Shown piece by piece: positions 26,772-35,777 of a DNA stretch of 55,920 bases (position 1 is the stretch's first letter; the number at the start of each line of letters is the position of its first letter). This DNA comes from Acidimicrobiales bacterium. GTDB lineage: Bacteria > Actinomycetota > Acidimicrobiia > Acidimicrobiales > CADCSY01. The position numbers and the translations under genes were made by a program. The notes under the pieces were generated by a model. The model ran no database searches. It was not told where the DNA came from and worked only from the letters and a program-made list of their open reading frames with translations. The stretch lies in NCBI GenBank assembly GCA_050742255.1, contig JBOGHU010000127.1, forward strand, positions 1 to 55,920, read 5' to 3'.

Positions 26772-27427
26772 TGCACTTCGTGCACGACACCGCCATCGTG
26801 GAGGACGGAGTCGAGATCAGCCCGGGCACCTCCATCTGGGACAACGTGCACATCCGGGCTCCGGCCCGGATCGGATCCGAGTGCATCGTGGGCGAGAAGA
26901 CCTACATCGCCGGCGGTGTGGCCATCGGCAACCGGGTCAAGGTCAACGCCCACGTCTACATCTGCAGCGCGGTGACGATCGAGGACGGGGCCATGATCAG
27001 CGCCGGGACGATCTTCACCAACGACCGGTTCCCCCGGGCGACCGCCCCCGACCTGTCTGCCCTCCGCCCGTGCGAGCCCGTCGAGCACACCCGGCCGACG
27101 CTGGTGAGGGAGGGGGCGACCATCGGTGCGGCCAGCGTCATCGGGTGCGACCTCGTCGTCGGACGCTGGAGCATGGTCGGGATGGGATCGGTGGTCACGA
27201 GCTCGGTCCCGGACTTCCACCTCGTCGTGGGCCAGCCCGCCCGCTCCATCGCCTGCGTGTGCCGGTGCGGCGAGCCCTTCCTTCGCCTCGCCGGGGATCG
27301 CCCGTCGGAACCGAGCCACCTGGCCTGCCCCGCCTGCTCCCGCCGGTACTCCGTGCGGGGCGACGCGGTCACCGAGATCGACCCCGGGCCGGGTCGCACC
27401 TCGGCCGGCGGCGAGGCAACGGGGTGA
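26771..27427 (+). CDS. left-handed beta-helix sugar N-acetyltransferase (WbpD/WlbB-like) with a Cys-rich zinc-ribbon-like tail
   Basis: ATG 26771 overlaps the TGA stop (TGATG). Hexapeptide repeats, TNDRFPRA motif. C-terminal CVCRCG...(19 aa)...CPAC. Confidence 0.85.
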   Translation: MHFVHDTAIVEDGVEISPGTSIWDNVHIRAPARIGSECIVGEKTYIAGGVAIGNRVKVNAHVYICSAVTIEDGAMISAGTIFTNDRFPRATAPDLSALRPCEPVEHTRPTLVREGATIGAASVIGCDLVVGRWSMVGMGSVVTSSVPDFHLVVGQPARSIACVCRCGEPFLRLAGDRPSEPSHLACPACSRRYSVRGDAVTEIDPGPGRTSAGGEATG

Positions 27428-29865
27428 GCGGCGTGCCCGGGACCTCCCGATGGGCCGTAGTCGGCGGCGGCATGCTGGGTCTCACGCTCGCCCATCGCCT
27501 CGCTCGCCACGGCTGCGACGTGACCGTGCTCGAGGGCGCTCCCCGCCTCGGCGGGCTCGCCGGCGCCTGGAGCCTCGACACCGTGGTCTGGGACCGCCAC
27601 TATCACGTCACCCTGCTGTCGGACTCGCACCTCCGGGCTCTCCTGGCCGAGCTGGGGCTGGAGGACACCATGGAGTGGAGGCAGACCCGTGCCGGGGTTT
27701 ACAGCGACGGGCAGCTGCACTCCGTCTCCAACACGGTCGAGCTCCTTCGCCTCCCCGGCCTGGCGCTGGTCGACAAGCTGCGGCTCGGCTTGACCATCTT
27801 CTACGGCTCGAAGGTGCGGGACTGGCGCCGGCTGGAGCGTGTGCCGGTCGAGCGATGGCTCAGGAGGTGGTCGGGGAACCGGACGTTCGAGCGCCTGTGG
27901 TTGCCGTTGCTGCGCGCCAAGCTGGGTGAGAGCTACCGGGAGTCGTGCGCCGCCTTCATGTGGGCCACCATCCAGCGCCTCTACGCGGCGCGGCGAGGGG
28001 GCCTCAAGAAGGAGATGTTCGGCTACGTCCCCGGCGGCTACGCCCGCATCCTCGAGCGGTTCGCCGAAGTCCTCGCCGCTGAAGGCGTACGGCTGGAGCT
28101 CGGATGCCGGGTCTCTCAGATCGCGTCCACCGGAGGCGACGTCGAGGTGACCGTCCCCGATGGTGGCTCCATGAGGTTCGACCATGTCGTCGTCACCGCG
28201 TCCCCCTCTGTGGCCGCCCGGCTGATCGACGGGCTCTGCGCTCGAGAGCGGGCCCGCCTCGAGGCCCTGCGCTACCAAGGGGTCGTCTGCGCCTCGCTCC
28301 TGCTCGAGCGACCTCTGTCGCCGTACTACCTCACGTACATCACCGACGAGACTCCCCTTACCGCGGTGGTGGAGATGTCGGCCTTCGTCGACCGTAGCCA
28401 ATTCGCGGGCAGGTCGCTCGTCTACCTCCCGAAGTACTGTCCCGCCGACGACCCTCTCATGAACGCGTCTGACGACGAGGTGGAAGATCTGTTCCTCGCC
28501 TCGCTCGAGAGGATGTACCCCGAGTTCCACCGAGATGATGTCGCCTGTTTCCGTGTCTCGCGGGTCCGAGAGGTCTTCGCCATACCGACGCTCTCGTACT
28601 CCCAGGGTGTGCCGGGGTTCGACTGCACCGTCCCTGGGGTCCACGTGGTGAACTCCTCCCAGATCATCAACGGCACGCTGAACGTGAACGAGACCGTGCA
28701 GCTGGCGGAGAGGGCGGTCCGGTCCCTCCTCGAGGGGGTCGGCACCCCGGTCCGCCCGGCGCCCGCCCCTCGACCCCCCCCTCGACCCACCCCGGTCGAC
28801 GGGCCGGGAGGGCGGGTGGCCCGCAAGCCGCTGGCCGGCCTGTCGCTCGACCTCGACGACGTGTGGTCCTACATGAAGACCCACGGTGATCCTGGCTGGG
28901 AGGATCTGCCGTCTTACCTGGACGTGGTCGTGCCGAGGGCGCTGGGCTTCCTCCGCCAGCGCCACTTGACGATCACCTGGTTCGTGGTGGGCCAGGACGC
29001 GGCCCTGGAGAGGAACCGCTCCCTGCTCGCCTCGATAGCCGAGGCCGGTCACGAGATCGGCAACCACTCCTTCCTCCACGAGCCGTGGCTGCACCTCTAC
29101 TCGCGAGAGGCGATCGAGGAGGAGCTCGCCAGGGCCGACACGGCCATCGAGGAGGCGACCGGTCGGCGCCCGGACGGCTTCCGAGGACCGGGCTTCAGCC
29201 TCTCTCATGACGTCCTGGCCGTCCTCGGTGAGCGCGGGTTCCGCTACGACGCCTCCACGCTGCCGACCTACACCGGCCCGTTGTCGGGCCTGTTCTTCTC
29301 GAGGACCATGCGAGAGATGGATCCCGAAGACAGGGCCCGGCGCAAGGGTGCGTACGGCTCCTTCCGGGATGGCACGCGTCCGCTGAAGCCGTATCGGTGG
29401 AGGGCCGACGGCTCCTCCCTGCTGGAGCTGCCCGTCACCACCATGCCCATACTCCGTACGCCCATCCACATGACCTACCTGCTGTACATGAGCCAGCTCT
29501 CCCCGAGGCTGGCCAGGGCCTACTTCGGCTCTGCCCTCCGGCTCTGCCGCATCACCGGCGTGGCGCCGTCGATCCTCCTCCACTCCCACGACTTCGCCGG
29601 CTCTGACGACGTCGAGCAGCTGTCGCACTTCCCGGGCATGAGCCTTCCCAGCGACGTCAAGGTGAGGCGGATGGCTGAGCTCCTCGACCAGCTCTCCCGG
29701 TCGTTCCAGGTCGTCCCCATGGGCCGTCTCGCTGACGACGTGGCGTCGTCGGAGGGGCTGCGTCTCATCCAGCCGAGGTTCTTCCACCGGGGGCGCAACG
29801 GGCGGGCGGGGCCTGGGTCCGCTGGGGGACAACGGTCCGCTCTCCCCGTAGGAGGACCGCCATGA
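27424..29865 (+). CDS. fusion protein: FAD/NAD(P)-binding oxidoreductase (amine-oxidase/desaturase-like) plus polysaccharide deacetylase domain
   Basis: GTG 27424 (GTGA overlap). VVGGGMLGLTLAHRLARHGCDVTVLEGAPRLGG dinucleotide fold. Pro-rich linker PAPAPRPPPRPTP. NodB-like half (ITWFVVGQDA...GHEIGNHSFLHE...GFRGPGF...YDAS). Confidence 0.8.
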   Translation: MSGVPGTSRWAVVGGGMLGLTLAHRLARHGCDVTVLEGAPRLGGLAGAWSLDTVVWDRHYHVTLLSDSHLRALLAELGLEDTMEWRQTRAGVYSDGQLHSVSNTVELLRLPGLALVDKLRLGLTIFYGSKVRDWRRLERVPVERWLRRWSGNRTFERLWLPLLRAKLGESYRESCAAFMWATIQRLYAARRGGLKKEMFGYVPGGYARILERFAEVLAAEGVRLELGCRVSQIASTGGDVEVTVPDGGSMRFDHVVVTASPSVAARLIDGLCARERARLEALRYQGVVCASLLLERPLSPYYLTYITDETPLTAVVEMSAFVDRSQFAGRSLVYLPKYCPADDPLMNASDDEVEDLFLASLERMYPEFHRDDVACFRVSRVREVFAIPTLSYSQGVPGFDCTVPGVHVVNSSQIINGTLNVNETVQLAERAVRSLLEGVGTPVRPAPAPRPPPRPTPVDGPGGRVARKPLAGLSLDLDDVWSYMKTHGDPGWEDLPSYLDVVVPRALGFLRQRHLTITWFVVGQDAALERNRSLLASIAEAGHEIGNHSFLHEPWLHLYSREAIEEELARADTAIEEATGRRPDGFRGPGFSLSHDVLAVLGERGFRYDASTLPTYTGPLSGLFFSRTMREMDPEDRARRKGAYGSFRDGTRPLKPYRWRADGSSLLELPVTTMPILRTPIHMTYLLYMSQLSPRLARAYFGSALRLCRITGVAPSILLHSHDFAGSDDVEQLSHFPGMSLPSDVKVRRMAELLDQLSRSFQVVPMGRLADDVASSEGLRLIQPRFFHRGRNGRAGPGSAGGQRSALPVGGPP

Positions 29866-31073
29866 CCAGGGCCAGTGCCGGCCAACCGGGCCCGTTCGCT
29901 CCCGGCGTCGCACCCGGGCCCGGGGACCCACGACCGCAGGCGGACCTGGCACCGGCCCTCGACGGGGGGCGTCCGCTCATCTCGGTGGTCGTGCCCGCCT
30001 ACAACGAGGCTGCCCTCATCACCCAGAGCCTCACCAGCCTGTGCGACTACCTCGCTCGCATCGAGGACATGTACCGGTGGGAGCTGATCGTGGTGAACGA
30101 CGGCAGTACCGACGAGACCGGGGCGCTGGCGGAGGCGTTCGCCTCCGGGCGACCCGACGTCCGGGTCCTCCACCACCACGTCAACTTCCACCTCGGCCAG
30201 GCCCTCCGGTACGCGTTCAGGAACTGCCGCGGCGACTACGTCGTCTCCCTCGACTGCGATCTCAGCTACGCCCCGGAGCACATCGGCCGCCTGGTCAGCG
30301 AGCTGCGGAGCACGAGGGCCAAGATCGTGATCGCTTCCCCCTACCTGCGAGGCGGCAGGATCACCAACGTCCCGTTCCGGCGCCGGGTGTTGAGCAAGGG
30401 GGGCAACCGGTTCCTCTCCATCATGGCCAAGGGAAGGATCTCGACGCTCACCGGGATGGTCCGGGCGTACGACCGTCGCTTCCTGAGCAGCCTCAACCTG
30501 AAGTCCATGGACACCGAGATCAACACCGAGATCCTCTACAAGGCCGAGTTGCTGGGTGCCGTCGTCAAGGAGATCCCGGCCCACCTCGACTGGAGCTTCA
30601 ACGACACGGGCAAGCCCCGGCGCCGGATCGCCGGCTCTCTTCGGAGCAGTGCGAGATCCTACCTCTTCTCGGGATTCATGTTCCGGCCGGTCTTCTTCTT
30701 CATCGTCCCGGGCCTCTTGACCCTGGCCTTGGCCACCTACACGCTCGGATGGGTGTTCTGGAGGGTGACCGACAACTACCTGAACCGGACGTCGGGCGGC
30801 TTCGACCCCCGCCTCTCGGAGGCCGTCCGCCTCTCCTTCGAGTCAGCTCCCCACGCGTTCATCGTGGGCGGGATCGCCCTGCTCGTGGCCTTCCAGCTGA
30901 TCAGCCTCGGTGTCCTCGCACTCCAGAGCGAGCGGTACTTCCATGAGCTGTTCCACTTCAACACGTCCATCTATCGCGAGCTCCGGAGCCCAGGGCGGTC
31001 ATCGACCACGGATGGCAAGAGCCAGGGCGAGCGGGGTGCACACCTCCACCCCGTGGATGCCCAACCCGACTGA
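29862..31073 (+). CDS. family 2 glycosyltransferase, polyprenyl-phosphate sugar synthase type (DPM1/GtrB/ArnC-like) with C-terminal TM helices
   Basis: ATGA overlap with the upstream gene. ISVVVPAYNE, VVNDGSTDET, DCD motif. Two C-terminal hydrophobic helices. Confidence 0.88.
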   Translation: MTRASAGQPGPFAPGVAPGPGDPRPQADLAPALDGGRPLISVVVPAYNEAALITQSLTSLCDYLARIEDMYRWELIVVNDGSTDETGALAEAFASGRPDVRVLHHHVNFHLGQALRYAFRNCRGDYVVSLDCDLSYAPEHIGRLVSELRSTRAKIVIASPYLRGGRITNVPFRRRVLSKGGNRFLSIMAKGRISTLTGMVRAYDRRFLSSLNLKSMDTEINTEILYKAELLGAVVKEIPAHLDWSFNDTGKPRRRIAGSLRSSARSYLFSGFMFRPVFFFIVPGLLTLALATYTLGWVFWRVTDNYLNRTSGGFDPRLSEAVRLSFESAPHAFIVGGIALLVAFQLISLGVLALQSERYFHELFHFNTSIYRELRSPGRSSTTDGKSQGERGAHLHPVDAQPD

Positions 31074-31193
31074 CTCGATGAGACGCCGGGGGTTACAGTG
31101 GCCCCGCCCGCACCCGGCCCGGGCCGAGACCCGAAGGAGCCGCTCATGGCTGGAAGCGCCTGCCCCGGCGCGTGCCGCCCTCGTGCAGGCGGC

Positions 31194-32339
31194 ATGCGCC
31201 GCGCCATCGCCGTCGGGTGCCTGCTGGCGGTGGTCGCCGTCGCCTGCGGAGGCGGGGCTGCCGGCCATGAGGGGGGGGCGGCGCCACCGGGGGAGGCCTC
31301 GACCCCGCCCGGCGGCGGTCAGTCCACGCTGACCTCGGCTCCGTCCACGTTCCCCGCCTCGCCACGCCCGGGCTTCATCTATCGGCGCGGCAGCCAGCTC
31401 CACCTCGACGGGGAGCAGTACCGCTTCCTCGGCATCGTCCCGTTCCCGTTCACCCAGACGTTCGCTGTCGAGGGGCTGCGCGACCTGTTCGGCTCGCTCC
31501 GGCCCAACAGCGTCATCAGCTTCTACGGCACGGAGGACTTCGCCATCAAGGATGGACGGCGCGACTGGTCGCTGCTCGACGAGATGCTCCGGGCGGCTCG
31601 CCAGGCCGGTCATCGGGTGGTCCTGGGCCTGGAGGACGGCAACCTCCCGTGCGACGGAAGCGGCTCTGCCAAGAGCGTCAGCTGGTACGCCGGGGGGTAC
31701 CGCACCGAGGTGTGCCGTGGTTACAAAGGCCTCCCCCTGCTCAGGACCTATCGGGAGTGGGTGCGCGAGATCGTCGGGCGCTACAAGGACTCACCGGCCG
31801 TAGCCTGGTGGGCTCCGATCGGCGAGCCGAGAGTACCGTGCCAGTCCGCCCGGGTGCTCCGCCGATTCTTCGATGACGTGGGCGCCGAGATCAGGCGCCT
31901 CGACCCCGATCACCTGATCGCTTCCGGGCACTGGGGGGGGAGCGCGTGCGGCGACCCTCGGCAGGCCGACTATCGCTTGATCCATTCCAGCCCCTACATC
32001 GACATCGCCGATTACCACGACTACAACTACGACGACGATCCGCTGCCGGCGGAGCTCCGAGTCGACCTGCGGATCGCGAGGGAGCTGTCCAAGCCCCTCG
32101 TCATCGGCGACGGCTCCGTCCTGGCCCGTGCCGGCGGCGGTCCTGATCCCGAGGGCCAGGACTGCGTCTCCCTGGAGGCCCGGCGGGACAAGTTCAAGGC
32201 CAAGCTGGACGCCCAGTTCGCCGCCGGGGTGAGCGGGAGGGTGGCCTGGGCCTATGTCGACACTCCGAGCGGCCTGTGCGACTACGACATCGGACCGGGC
32301 GATCCGCTCCTGGCCCTCCTGCGGGACTACCCGCTGTGA
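31194..32339 (+). CDS. secreted lipoprotein, clan GH-A (GH5-like) glycoside hydrolase fold
   Basis: ATG 31194. Signal plus lipobox (LLAVVAVAC). WWAPIGEP and DYHDY resemble GH5 strand-4 and strand-6 motifs, but the usual NEP and GEFG read IGEP and IGDG. Confidence 0.55.
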   Translation: MRRAIAVGCLLAVVAVACGGGAAGHEGGAAPPGEASTPPGGGQSTLTSAPSTFPASPRPGFIYRRGSQLHLDGEQYRFLGIVPFPFTQTFAVEGLRDLFGSLRPNSVISFYGTEDFAIKDGRRDWSLLDEMLRAARQAGHRVVLGLEDGNLPCDGSGSAKSVSWYAGGYRTEVCRGYKGLPLLRTYREWVREIVGRYKDSPAVAWWAPIGEPRVPCQSARVLRRFFDDVGAEIRRLDPDHLIASGHWGGSACGDPRQADYRLIHSSPYIDIADYHDYNYDDDPLPAELRVDLRIARELSKPLVIGDGSVLARAGGGPDPEGQDCVSLEARRDKFKAKLDAQFAAGVSGRVAWAYVDTPSGLCDYDIGPGDPLLALLRDYPL

Positions 32340-32357
32340 AGCGAGCGGCGACCTGGG

Positions 32358-32560
32358 GGGACCGAGGCACGGACAGGCCCCGAGGGCACGAAGATCGACC
32401 GGCGCGACGGAAAGGCGTCCTCGGGAACGACGGACGACGTGAGTCTGACCGACGGGCCTGCCCGGGGTCCTGGCCACAGGGCCAGCTCCGGCGGGAACGA
32501 GATGGAGCTGGAGCGGTTCCATGCCTTCTGCCGAGCGAGCCACGAGCGGGCTGGCGGGGG
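32358..32560 (+). repeat. copy 2 of the structured leader-like element
   Basis: Hairpins at 32416..32436 and 32482..32511 with GGGAACGA loops. Ends 20 nt upstream of wecB. Confidence 0.6.
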
Positions 32561-32579
32561 GTCGCGGGCGTGAGCCGGG

Positions 32580-33788
32580 GTGCCGGTGAAGCGGGTCCTG
32601 ATCGTCTTCGGGACCCGGCCCGAGGCCATCAAGCTGGCGCCCGTGGTCCTCGGGTTGCGGGACGCCCCCGGGTTCCAGCCCGTCATCGCGGTGACGGCGC
32701 AACACCGTGCCATGCTCACCCAGGTGCTCGAGCTCTTCGGCCTGGAGCCCGACCTCGACCTCAACATCATCCAGGACCGCCAGACCCTGACCGGCATCAC
32801 CACCCGGGCCCTCGAGGGGCTCTCCAAGGGGATCGAGGCCACCGGTCCCGACGCCATCGTCGTCCAGGGCGACACGACCACCACCCTCACCGGCGCGCTG
32901 GCTGGCTTCTACCACCGGGTCCCCGTCCTCCACGTGGAGGCCGGGCTACGCACCGGGAACCCTCACTCGCCGTTCCCTGAGGAGGTCAACCGTCGGCTGA
33001 CATCCGAGCTCGCCACCCTCCATCTCGCCCCCACGGCCATGAGCCGGGACAACCTGCTGGGCGAGAACGTGGCCGCGGACCGCGTGTGGGTGACTGGCAA
33101 CACGGTCATCGACGCCCTGCTGTGGGTGGTGAGCCGCCCTGCACCCGAGCAGCAGGCCCTCGCCCGGCTGGACGGTGACCGCCGCCGCGTGCTGCTCGTC
33201 ACCGCCCATCGGCGGGAGTCATGGGGTAGCGGGATGCGGTCGATCGGGCGGGCGTTGGCCGACATCGCTCGCTCGGAGCCCGACCTGTCGGTGGTGTTCC
33301 CCATCCACCGGAACCCGGTGGTCCGGGAGGCGATCCTTCCCGCCCTCGAGGGGATCGACAACGTCGTGGTCATGGAGCCGGTCGACTACTCGACCTTCGC
33401 TCATCTCATGCGCCGTTCACACATCCTGCTCACCGACTCCGGCGGCGTCCAGGAGGAGGGGCCCAGCCTGGGCAAGCCGGTTCTCGTCATGAGGGACACC
33501 ACGGAGCGGCCGGAGGCCGTGGAAGCCGGGACCGCCCGTCTCGTGGGAACCGACCGGGACGCCATCGTGGGCAACGTTCGGACCCTGCTCCACGACGAGG
33601 CCGCCTACCGGGCCATGGCCGTCGCCGTCAATCCCTACGGCGACGGTGAGGCCGCACGCCGGACCGTCGCCGCGCTCGCCCACTTCTTCGGCCTGGGACC
33701 GGCGCCGGACGAGTTCCTCCCGCTGGGAGGAGCCTTGTTGCCTCGGTCCATGCCGGTGACCGACCGCCTCGTGGGGACCATGAGGTGA
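32580..33788 (+). CDS. wecB: UDP-N-acetylglucosamine 2-epimerase (non-hydrolysing)
   Basis: VLIVFGTRPEAIKLAPV, VVQGDTTTT, HVEAGLRT, LTDSGGVQEE: canonical WecB/MnaA motifs. Confidence 0.93.
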   Translation: MPVKRVLIVFGTRPEAIKLAPVVLGLRDAPGFQPVIAVTAQHRAMLTQVLELFGLEPDLDLNIIQDRQTLTGITTRALEGLSKGIEATGPDAIVVQGDTTTTLTGALAGFYHRVPVLHVEAGLRTGNPHSPFPEEVNRRLTSELATLHLAPTAMSRDNLLGENVAADRVWVTGNTVIDALLWVVSRPAPEQQALARLDGDRRRVLLVTAHRRESWGSGMRSIGRALADIARSEPDLSVVFPIHRNPVVREAILPALEGIDNVVVMEPVDYSTFAHLMRRSHILLTDSGGVQEEGPSLGKPVLVMRDTTERPEAVEAGTARLVGTDRDAIVGNVRTLLHDEAAYRAMAVAVNPYGDGEAARRTVAALAHFFGLGPAPDEFLPLGGALLPRSMPVTDRLVGTMR

Positions 33789-34897
33789 GGAGAGGGCGGC
33801 ACCGGGTACCTCGGGGCATCGGCGACGAGGAGCTGAGGGGTGACCGTGCCCCCGGATCCGGCCACGGCACCGTCGGGGAGACCAGCCCGCGGGCCGGACG
33901 TGGCTCCGACAGCGGGAGGCGCCCGACGCCGGTACCGGCCGGTGACGCGCCGACGCATCACCCGTCGGGCCAGAGGACGACAGCCGGAGCGGGTCCCGAC
34001 GGTGACGCCCACGAGGTCGGCGCCGTCGTCGACGAGGGCAGCCTTCGGCAGTTCTCGCCCTCGCCCCGCCTGGCGCTGGCGTGCCGGGTGGCAGGCTGGC
34101 TGGCCACGCCCCTCGTGCTGCCCCTCGTCGCCGTGGCGCGGCTGTCCGACGACGCCTTCCGCACGGTGGGGGAGGCCGTGGCCCTGCTGCCCTACGCCAT
34201 CGGGATCATCGTCCGGGAGCAGTTCTACCGGCGGACGCTCCGCCGCTGCGGCCGCAACGTCCTCATCGAGTCGGGGGCGCTCTTCGTCTACCGGGACGTC
34301 TCCGTGGGCGACAACGTCCTGATCGGGCGCTACTCGATCGTCCACCACTGTGACATCGGCAGCTACGTGCTGATCGGCGAGGGGTGCACGCTCCTAAGCG
34401 GCGCCGAGCAGCACTTCTTCGACCGCCCGGACGTCCCGATCGCCCTCCAGGGGGGGAGGAAGCGTCGCATCGCTGTTGGCGACGATTGCTGGATCGGCTC
34501 GCGCGGCATCGTGATGGACGACGTCGGCCGGGGGTCCGTGGTCGGGGCGGGCGCCGTCGTCACCAGGACCGTGCCGCCGTGGTCGGTGGCCTTGGGGAAC
34601 CCGGCCAAGTGGCGGCCCAGGCGTTCTGGGCCCCCCACGAGGCGTGACGAGGCTGCGAAGGCCGCCGGCCCTGTCGGATGCTGCCGTACCCGGGCGCACG
34701 AGCAGCTCGGGCTCCCGGCAGGAGCCGGAGGAGACACAGACGCCACTCACACGGAACGCCCGCAGGATGCACCGCTCGCATGCAGATGCGCGGACGCCCA
34801 GGACCAAGAGGCCTCGGCTCCCACCCGTGGCAACCGCTGCCCGCCGATGAGCGCGGACGGGGCATCGTCACTCGTCGGGCCCACCCCCGACGAGTGA
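33785..34897 (+). CDS. membrane-anchored hexapeptide-repeat acyl/acetyltransferase (boundaries uncertain)
   Basis: Conserved LbH core at roughly 34240..34620 (IGDNVLIGRYSIV..., VGDDCWIGSRGIVM..., VALGNPAK). The first roughly 100 and last roughly 90 codons are low-complexity. GTG 34088 is an alternative start. Confidence 0.6.
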   Translation: MRRGRHRVPRGIGDEELRGDRAPGSGHGTVGETSPRAGRGSDSGRRPTPVPAGDAPTHHPSGQRTTAGAGPDGDAHEVGAVVDEGSLRQFSPSPRLALACRVAGWLATPLVLPLVAVARLSDDAFRTVGEAVALLPYAIGIIVREQFYRRTLRRCGRNVLIESGALFVYRDVSVGDNVLIGRYSIVHHCDIGSYVLIGEGCTLLSGAEQHFFDRPDVPIALQGGRKRRIAVGDDCWIGSRGIVMDDVGRGSVVGAGAVVTRTVPPWSVALGNPAKWRPRRSGPPTRRDEAAKAAGPVGCCRTRAHEQLGLPAGAGGDTDATHTERPQDAPLACRCADAQDQEASAPTRGNRCPPMSADGASSLVGPTPDE

Positions 34898-34915
34898 TCG
34901 AGGGGGGAGGTCCGC

Positions 34916-35707
34916 GTGGAGTTCATCGGCTTCGGGCGGGTTCATCCGAGTGCGCTCGTCAGCGGGCGTTCGCAGATCGGGGACGGCGTGGCGATCGGTC
35001 CCTTCGCGATCATCCACGAGAACGTGCAGCTGGGCCCGGGTTGCCAGGTCGGGCCGCAGGCGATCCTCGGTGAACCTCGCCGCGGCCACGACCTCGACGG
35101 CGGCGACAACGCCCCGCTCCGGATCGGCGCCGGTTCCTCCATCGGATCGGGGAGCGTCGTCTATGCCGGTTCATCGATCGGAGATCGGTTCCAGTGTGGC
35201 CCGGGCGTCACGATCGGGTCGGGGACCGTCATCGGTGGTGCGTGCAGCGTCGGCACGCTGTCGACGATCGAAGGCCACTGCGCGATCGGCGACCACACCC
35301 GCCTCCACACGGCAGTCCACGTCTCACCCCTCTCCCGGATCGGCAGCTTCGTCTGGCTGTTCCCCCACGTGGTGCTGACGAACGACCGCACCCCCCCGAG
35401 CGACTCGATCGAGGGTGTCGTGATCGAGGACTTCGCCGTCGTCAGCGCCGGGTCGGTGCTCCTCCCCGGGGTCCGGATAGCCAGGCACGCGTTGGTCGCC
35501 GCCGGCTCGGTCGTGCGCTCCGACGTCGCCGCCGAGGCCTTCGTGGCCGGCAACCCTGCGAAGCGGGTGGGAACCGTCCGCCACCTGATGTCGAGGGAGA
35601 CCGGACGCCCCCACTATCCCTGGCCGTTCCGGTTCGAGCGGGGGATGCCCTGGGAGGGCATGGGGTTCGCGCGATGGGCGGGCGACGATGCCGCGACAGG
35701 GGACTGA
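34916..35707 (+). CDS. hexapeptide-repeat (LbH) acyltransferase with LpxA/LpxD-like N-terminus
   Basis: GTG 34916 after GAGGGGGGAGG. VHPSALVSGRSQIGDGVAIGPFAIIHENVQLGPGCQVG; TNDRTPPS; AGNPAKRV. Confidence 0.8.
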   Translation: MEFIGFGRVHPSALVSGRSQIGDGVAIGPFAIIHENVQLGPGCQVGPQAILGEPRRGHDLDGGDNAPLRIGAGSSIGSGSVVYAGSSIGDRFQCGPGVTIGSGTVIGGACSVGTLSTIEGHCAIGDHTRLHTAVHVSPLSRIGSFVWLFPHVVLTNDRTPPSDSIEGVVIEDFAVVSAGSVLLPGVRIARHALVAAGSVVRSDVAAEAFVAGNPAKRVGTVRHLMSRETGRPHYPWPFRFERGMPWEGMGFARWAGDDAATGD

Positions 35708-35777
35708 TGGGAGGGGCGCGACGCCTGGGGTACCGTACCGGGCGGCTGTCCAGGGCATGCGTCGGTGGGGAGGGGTG

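Noticed and set aside
26956-29952. 998-aa minus-strand ORF across the island. Similar long antisense ORFs occur at 2888..4609, 4907..6319, 8808..10457, 38083..39738, 39362..41521, 43389..45356 and 48331..50250 on the minus strand, and at 18244..20505 and 50365..52320 on the plus strand.
   Set aside because: All are antisense to genes with clear family motifs. They have Arg/Gly/Pro-rich low-complexity translations and lack RBS or start context.
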